64,000 nt of DNA from the human T2T-CHM13v2.0 reference genome, Homo sapiens, in the NCBI RefSeq assembly GCF_009914755.1, contig NC_060928.1; one strand, 5' to 3'. The notes below the pieces were generated by a model. That model did no database searches and was not told the origin of the DNA. It was given only the letters and a program-made list of their open reading frames with translations. Made by a program: the position numbers and the translations under genes. Below, piece after piece: positions 58,195-64,000 of the stretch (the stretch's first letter is position 1; each line of letters starts with the position of its first letter).

Positions 58195-59990
58195 TCATTT
58201 ATTCATTCATTCATTTATCAAGCATTTATTGAGTACCATTATGTAATAAGCACTGTGACAGGCCCAATAACACAAGATAACTAATATAAAATCTCTACAT
58301 TATCAAAAAATTTAAAGTCTTACGCAGGGTTTTCTAACTTGGGTACTCTGAATGACCTTTTATGGTTCCTTTTAACTTGTTGAAATTTTATGCACAAATT
58401 TGTGACTATGTGCATGAATAAACTTTTCAGCAAAGACTGTTTTTTAGATTACAGCAGATTATAAAGAAAATGAAAAACCCAAAGTAAATTCAGAACCCAC
58501 TGATTTACTAGAAAAGACAATCAGTTGATTATAATGTATAATCAATGATAAAATGAAGGTATGCATAGACCAAACATGAGGGCTGTGTAAGAGAAACCGG
58601 AGTGTGGTGGTTTCTATTAGAGTGTGGTGTAATAATGTGTTGGTGGGATCTGAAAAAGGTTCTTGGAAGGAGGTAAAGTCTGACAGTCCTGGAGGATGTA
58701 TGAGAGTTAGCTCCTCTACTTTTCTTAACTGTAAAATTTCTGGAGCCCTTTTTTACTTCTTTATCACTGATTCATCTCTTAACCTATGAATCTGCTTTCC
58801 ACACCCACCACTTTACTGAAGTCACCCTGGGAAAAGTCATCAGTGATGTCTTCACTGCTAAAACCAATGAATAAGAATGGTTTCAGTTCTTATCTTGCTT
58901 GACCTCTATGCAGCAGTTGAATACCCTTCCTTTTGAGAATTTATTTTTTGTTTGTTTTCTTCATTCCCCACTCTCATAGCTTTCCTTCTACTTGTCTGAA
59001 TGCTATTTCTAAGAATTCCATCAATAATTTTCCTCCTATTTCATACATGTTGGAACTCCATCCCCAAATGTCTTCTGTTCTTGATTCACCCACTCTTCCT
59101 AGATGATTTCATGTACATTAGTGGGTTCACCTAGCATTTCTATGCTACTTCCCTCTGGATCTCTGTATCTGCACCCCAGATTTCCCTCCTAAGGTCCAGA
59201 AACCTCTACCCAGTTCTCTACTGTACATCTTCACTTGATGTTCCATAGGTAAATCGACTCGAGGTGTTCAAAAGTAAACTCATCATCTTCCCTATGAACA
59301 TATAGAAAGTATCTTTAATAAGTTAAATAAAAGGAGACAGAAAATGCATGAGGGTTATATTGTAAGAAGTGGTAAATAGGTGTGTAATGGTGAATTATGA
59401 AGACACTGTATTGGCCTTCATGGAATTTACAGTTTAATGAGAAATATGGATAAATGTATAGACAATCACAATATGGTATGAAAATGTTATGAGAGAAAGC
59501 AGACAAGCTGCTATTAAATACATGAGGGCCTCTAACCTAGAAATGAGAGGAGGTGATTAGGACACAGGAAGTGATATATAAAATAAACTTGTTAAAGAAA
59601 AAGTTTATCATGATTGGATTATAGAAAGTCGACAGAGGATTGGGATGGGTTAGGGAGGAAGGGTTGATGTTATGAGAAGTGAAGCTGAAGAAATAAAAAA
59701 TTTTATAAGCCACATTAATGGTTTGTACATCATTCCTAAAACAATAGAAGATTTTAAGCAAGTGGTGTCATGATCACTTTTATTTTAGAAAGCATCCCTT
59801 ATCTTCAATGCAGAGATCAGATTTTAGGAGAGCGATGATTAAAAAAAGAAAGCTGAGTTAGCAAACTACTATAGCTATAGAGGTAAGAGATGGTGGTGTC
59901 TCAGGTCAAGGTAAAAGGAGGAGCATAGGCAAGAGTATTTGAGAACTATTGAGAAGGTAAATTCTATAGATGTCATAATTTATTGATTGT
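58195..59990. mobile_element. Cluster of L2 fragments in both orientations, with a hAT-Charlie-like piece at ~58325-58502
   Basis: (TTCA)n tail at 58195-58215; 'tatcttgcttgacctctatgcagcagttga' (+); 'tgtcatgatcacttttattttagaaag' (-). Confidence 0.6.
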
Positions 59991-60589
59991 CAGAGAGAAA
60001 ATGAAGAGGGAGGGAAAAAAGGGAGAGATAGTGTGTGTATGGGTCTAAAGATAAAACAAATTTTGAGGTCCTCTTTTGGACTACACTTGCTTTTGAGGAA
60101 ATAGGTTATACTTAAACACAGAAAGAACTTTTTTGACTCTTACAGGCTGTAATAAAAATTTCAAGTGCTAGACATAAAGTTGTAGGGGAGAAAAATCTCT
60201 GTTGAAGAAAGAAAAATTTAAATCATTGCGTGTGTAGTCTTTTTTGTTCAGCTAAGCTGAACTCATCAATGATCTCTCCAAGATTCTGTCCTTACTCAAA
60301 ACAGGTGGAGTACATGATACTTTCTTATTCATCCAAAAGCTTTCCTAGAAGCTAGTGGGTGCAACCTCAAAAAGGTTGAAGAGCAGTGTAGTCATTTGTT
60401 ATCTTGTAGGAAGGCAGGTGAGAGAACTGGACTGTGAAATTTTGGAGAGGGGAGAAAACAATGTGCCCTAAATTTCCTTGTATATGCCCTAACACTTGGC
60501 TCAAAACATGTAAGAGAATATAAGTGTTGAATTCTATAAGGGTTCCTCTTAAAATAAAATGAATATTTTAGGGGATTGTAGGATCAGTA

Positions 60590-62118
60590 GTAATTATAAT
60601 ATTTTATTTTTTAGTCAAATAATTAAAACCAGTCCCTCGGGGTCATACTTTAAAATCTCAGTGGATTAACATAAGAAAAGTTTATTTCTTGGTCATATCA
60701 CAATTCCATGTAGGTCAGGCAATGCTATTGCATAGGTCCCCTACTTGCCCAGGGGCCCCCATCTTGCATACCCATCATTTTATGGTCCTTCACTTGCAGC
60801 TGCAGAAGATCCCCCTAATCTTAAGTGCTTCCAGCCTAAAGTGACACACTTCACTTCCACCAGCAATCTACTGACCAGAATTAGTCACATGATCTTCACT
60901 CAACCGCAAAAGCTGAGATATACTTACTGAGCACTAATAGTCACTGTTACAGTCTGCAATTCTGATCATCTAAAACACTTAACCTCTCCCAGTGGAGAAA
61001 ATTAAAGTCCTAGTAGTTGCCACATCTAGTCTGAGGCTGAGGATCTGTGAGTCTCTGCAGAATGGTCTCTCCATGAGTTGCACATATGGCTCCTTTTAGA
61101 TTAGGAAACCTGTGAAGTTATTTGTCCCTCCTCCAGCATACTCACACCTACATTCATTACATAATATAGGAAGACTAAGTAAACATTCTCATTCAGAAAA
61201 AAATGGGGGACTTTCTTCAATCACTGTTTCCCAGCTATTCTGAAATTCTTTGGGTCAGATATTCTTAAGGCTTTTTATTTTAGCGTGAGGAATATTCCAT
61301 TATTTAGCCCTGATACCATTAGGGAGAATTTTCTTGACCACTGTTCTTCTTGGTTACTGGTTCTATCTGTGGGGTGAGTCTTCTGTATTCTCCTTGGCTA
61401 TATCTTAAGTGTGGTTCAAGAAGTTGCCCTTCTTGTAGTTACACAGCTTTCCCTTCTTTTACTACCAAACCAAAGATTTCCAGTGAAAAATTTTACCCAC
61501 AGTCAAACCATGTAACTTCACAACAGGGATTATAATTAAACTTTAGTGTTCAATAAAGAGCGTTAGTAAAAGCCAGCCTAGCAGACTTACTACACATGTT
61601 AATTTAACCCACTAAAATTTCTAAGCCTAATATTTTAATGTCTTAAACTTTTATTATTAACATATTCATAAGATTGACTATGTAGCAATACAGCTAACCA
61701 TGTAAAGTCTCCAATATATAAAATGGATGTATCACCAGCATTCAGAGAAAAATGTATTATTTTAGAAAGAACGTTGGGATTGGTTTTGTAAAAACCAGTG
61801 GCAAAGTCAATTCCAATTTCAAACCCTTAATCTCAATGTCTTAACATAGCCTAGTCTGTCTACTGCTCATCTCATAACCCAATGGGATCTAGGCAGCTTT
61901 TTTGTATACTTTTCCTCTAAAGAGTGACTCAGGGACCCAAAACTCATCCTATCACACAATTTGCCTCTTTGCAGTCCTACATTTCCAGCCATACAAGGGA
62001 GAGAGACTGTGAATAGTTAGGAATATGGATAGCAGCACACACCCGTAACTTCAAAGGAGCCTGAGAATAATGAGAGGAGCACACAGACTATTTGTTGAGC
62101 CCTCCCTGCCTCTGCCAC
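60590..62118 (-). mobile_element. Old MLT1 (J/K/L-type) LTR remnants with intervening internal-like sequence
   Basis: 'aaatctcagtggattaacataagaaaagtttatttct' to 'gtcactgttaca' (~60951), and a second LTR-like block ending 'cctctgccaca' (62118). Confidence 0.55.
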
Positions 62119-64000
62119 AGTATTTAATCCTGTTTTGTACAACATCAGACATTCTGTCTACATCTTTAATATAGTATAGATAGTTTAATAATCACAATTA
62201 ATAGTTTTCTGGGCACTTTACCTGGGATAGCAGCAATTTTAACAGGGATTCTTGCTTATTTTGTGACCTCCCATGCGAGGAATGATGGAGCTAGATGCTA
62301 TATGTGTCTGTGGCTGGGGTGTCATGACCATAAATGGGAAATGTACTTTGTTAGAGAGTTAATGCCAACACAAACAAAATTACTCTCATGTTGAAGTGTT
62401 TAGCTTCATATTATTAGACCATGAGAGCCTGTTATCTTTCCATTTGTATTCAAGAGCCAGGAAGCTCTTGTGTCTGTAAGCATAAATAAATTGGACTTGA
62501 ATTTGAAAAAGCATATGCCTTTCATATGTAACCAATTGTAACCATAAAATCCAGGAAACATGTAAATACTTTAACTGCCAATTATGTCTTTGAGTGTCTT
62601 TTTTTAATTAAAATTGTGTCTACTAATATATAGCAACAAGCTTACAAGGTAACGGCTAGAAACCCTCAGAAATTAATTGGTTGACTAAGCATCCCCTCTA
62701 CATTTAAGTCCTAAATCAAATTCACCTTCTATTGTTATTTATCAACTCTCACAATTTCAAAAACAGGCCAAAATTTGAGTCATATCTCTGACAAGGATGA
62801 GTGTATTTATTGACTTGATAGAACAGGAGATGTAAGTCAGAATTTATGAGAGCTAGCTGTTTTCTCCATGTCTGGCTAGCTTTAGCAATTTAACACATGC
62901 AAGTTAAATGTAATGAGAATCATTTTCTTAGCCTTAAAACTTCTATGGTGTTACATTATGAGGAAATTCTACGCATAGTGGTAAGGTGAAGATGGGAAAT
63001 TTGACTATGTATGTGCTTCTGATCGGTGAAGACATGTTTGCAAAGCCTTTGCATTCACATTGGATTTGCACATGCCAGGATACATATACTGTCCTTGTGA
63101 AGGCGCTGCATTCCATTCGCCCTTCCCTTATCTCATTCCTCCTCCTCATCCCAGGCAGAAATGTCAAATGACTCTCTGGGAACTTCCTGAAAGCTCCCTC
63201 CTCTTCCACAAGAAAACCTGCTCCTCTTGCTCTGATGTTGGAGTAAAAGGCTACCATTACAACTATAGTGCTTTAAAATGCCAATGAATTACGGAGTTTC
63301 TGGAATAACTGGCCCTATATTTGGGAGCAGGAAGCTGGAGTTCCCTACTGACTCTGCGGCATTCAAATAAAGAACAGAACAATTATATTTTATACCCCAA
63401 AATGACATAAAGGAAAACGAAAACAAGCCTGTTTCCCATGTGGCAGCCTGCACAGTGAAGGCCATTGTTCCCTGGCAACTCCAATAGATACACACCCGCT
63501 TTGCCGGATCAACTGGCTATTCCTCGGTTTACAGGCATGAAGTCACAGTAAGGAAGGTCACATCCCTTGGGTGATTTTCTTCTTTGGTTGCACTGGGCTA
63601 TTTCCTGATATACCTAATGTGCTTGAATTCAAACGAGAAGGAGGAAAGAGACTCTTGCTGATACATTTATTTTATCCTTGAGAGAAATAATCTCTCAAGA
63701 CAAGTGAAGAAAGATGCTGTGAACTGGATTACAGGTCATTTTATAGTCAAATCATCCAGGCAACTGGCAGTGTTTTGGCCTGTTTCCTGTAAAATAGTTT
63801 AAAAACCTGTAGATTCTCAAAAGAATTGATCGATTTATTCATAAAGACAGCGCTCAAGAGAACTGTGCAGTTTAGGAGATGCTGTGGGGATAAATGAAAA
63901 TCGCTGGGAAACACATTAAACAAAAGCATAACACATTTGTAAGGAAATAAACACTTGCTAGTGTGAATGCCTGCGTCCTATTTATTAGTCAAGCCAAACA

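Noticed and set aside
63313-63325. CCTATATTTGG as an SRF CArG box
   Set aside because: Seven A/T bases between CC and GG rather than six; not canonical.

Overview
AT-rich primate (human-like) non-coding DNA, intergenic or deep intronic. I can support no protein-coding exon, tRNA, rRNA or CRISPR array, and I cannot name the locus. Most recognisable sequence is interspersed repeat: a full-length but inactivated L1PA6-like LINE-1 (38979-45130, +), a large old L1MA-type element (about 27468-35027, -), eight Alus (most with readable target-site duplications, TSDs), MaLR/ERV LTRs, hAT DNA-transposon fossils, and MIR/L2 fragments. Subfamily names come from remembered consensus sequences, not from a search. 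The most notable unexplained structures are four. (1) A perfect 114-bp inverted repeat in apparently unique DNA (7208-7321 / 8785-8898) around a 1463-bp spacer. (2) About 730 bp of non-L1 sequence between the L1PA6 tail and the point where the interrupted host L1 resumes, which looks like an L1 3' transduction. (3) A 45-bp templated fold-back insertion at 27771-27838. (4) A closely spaced inverted Alu pair. I see no evidence of a new multi-gene biological system; these are rearrangement footprints and candidate regulatory elements.
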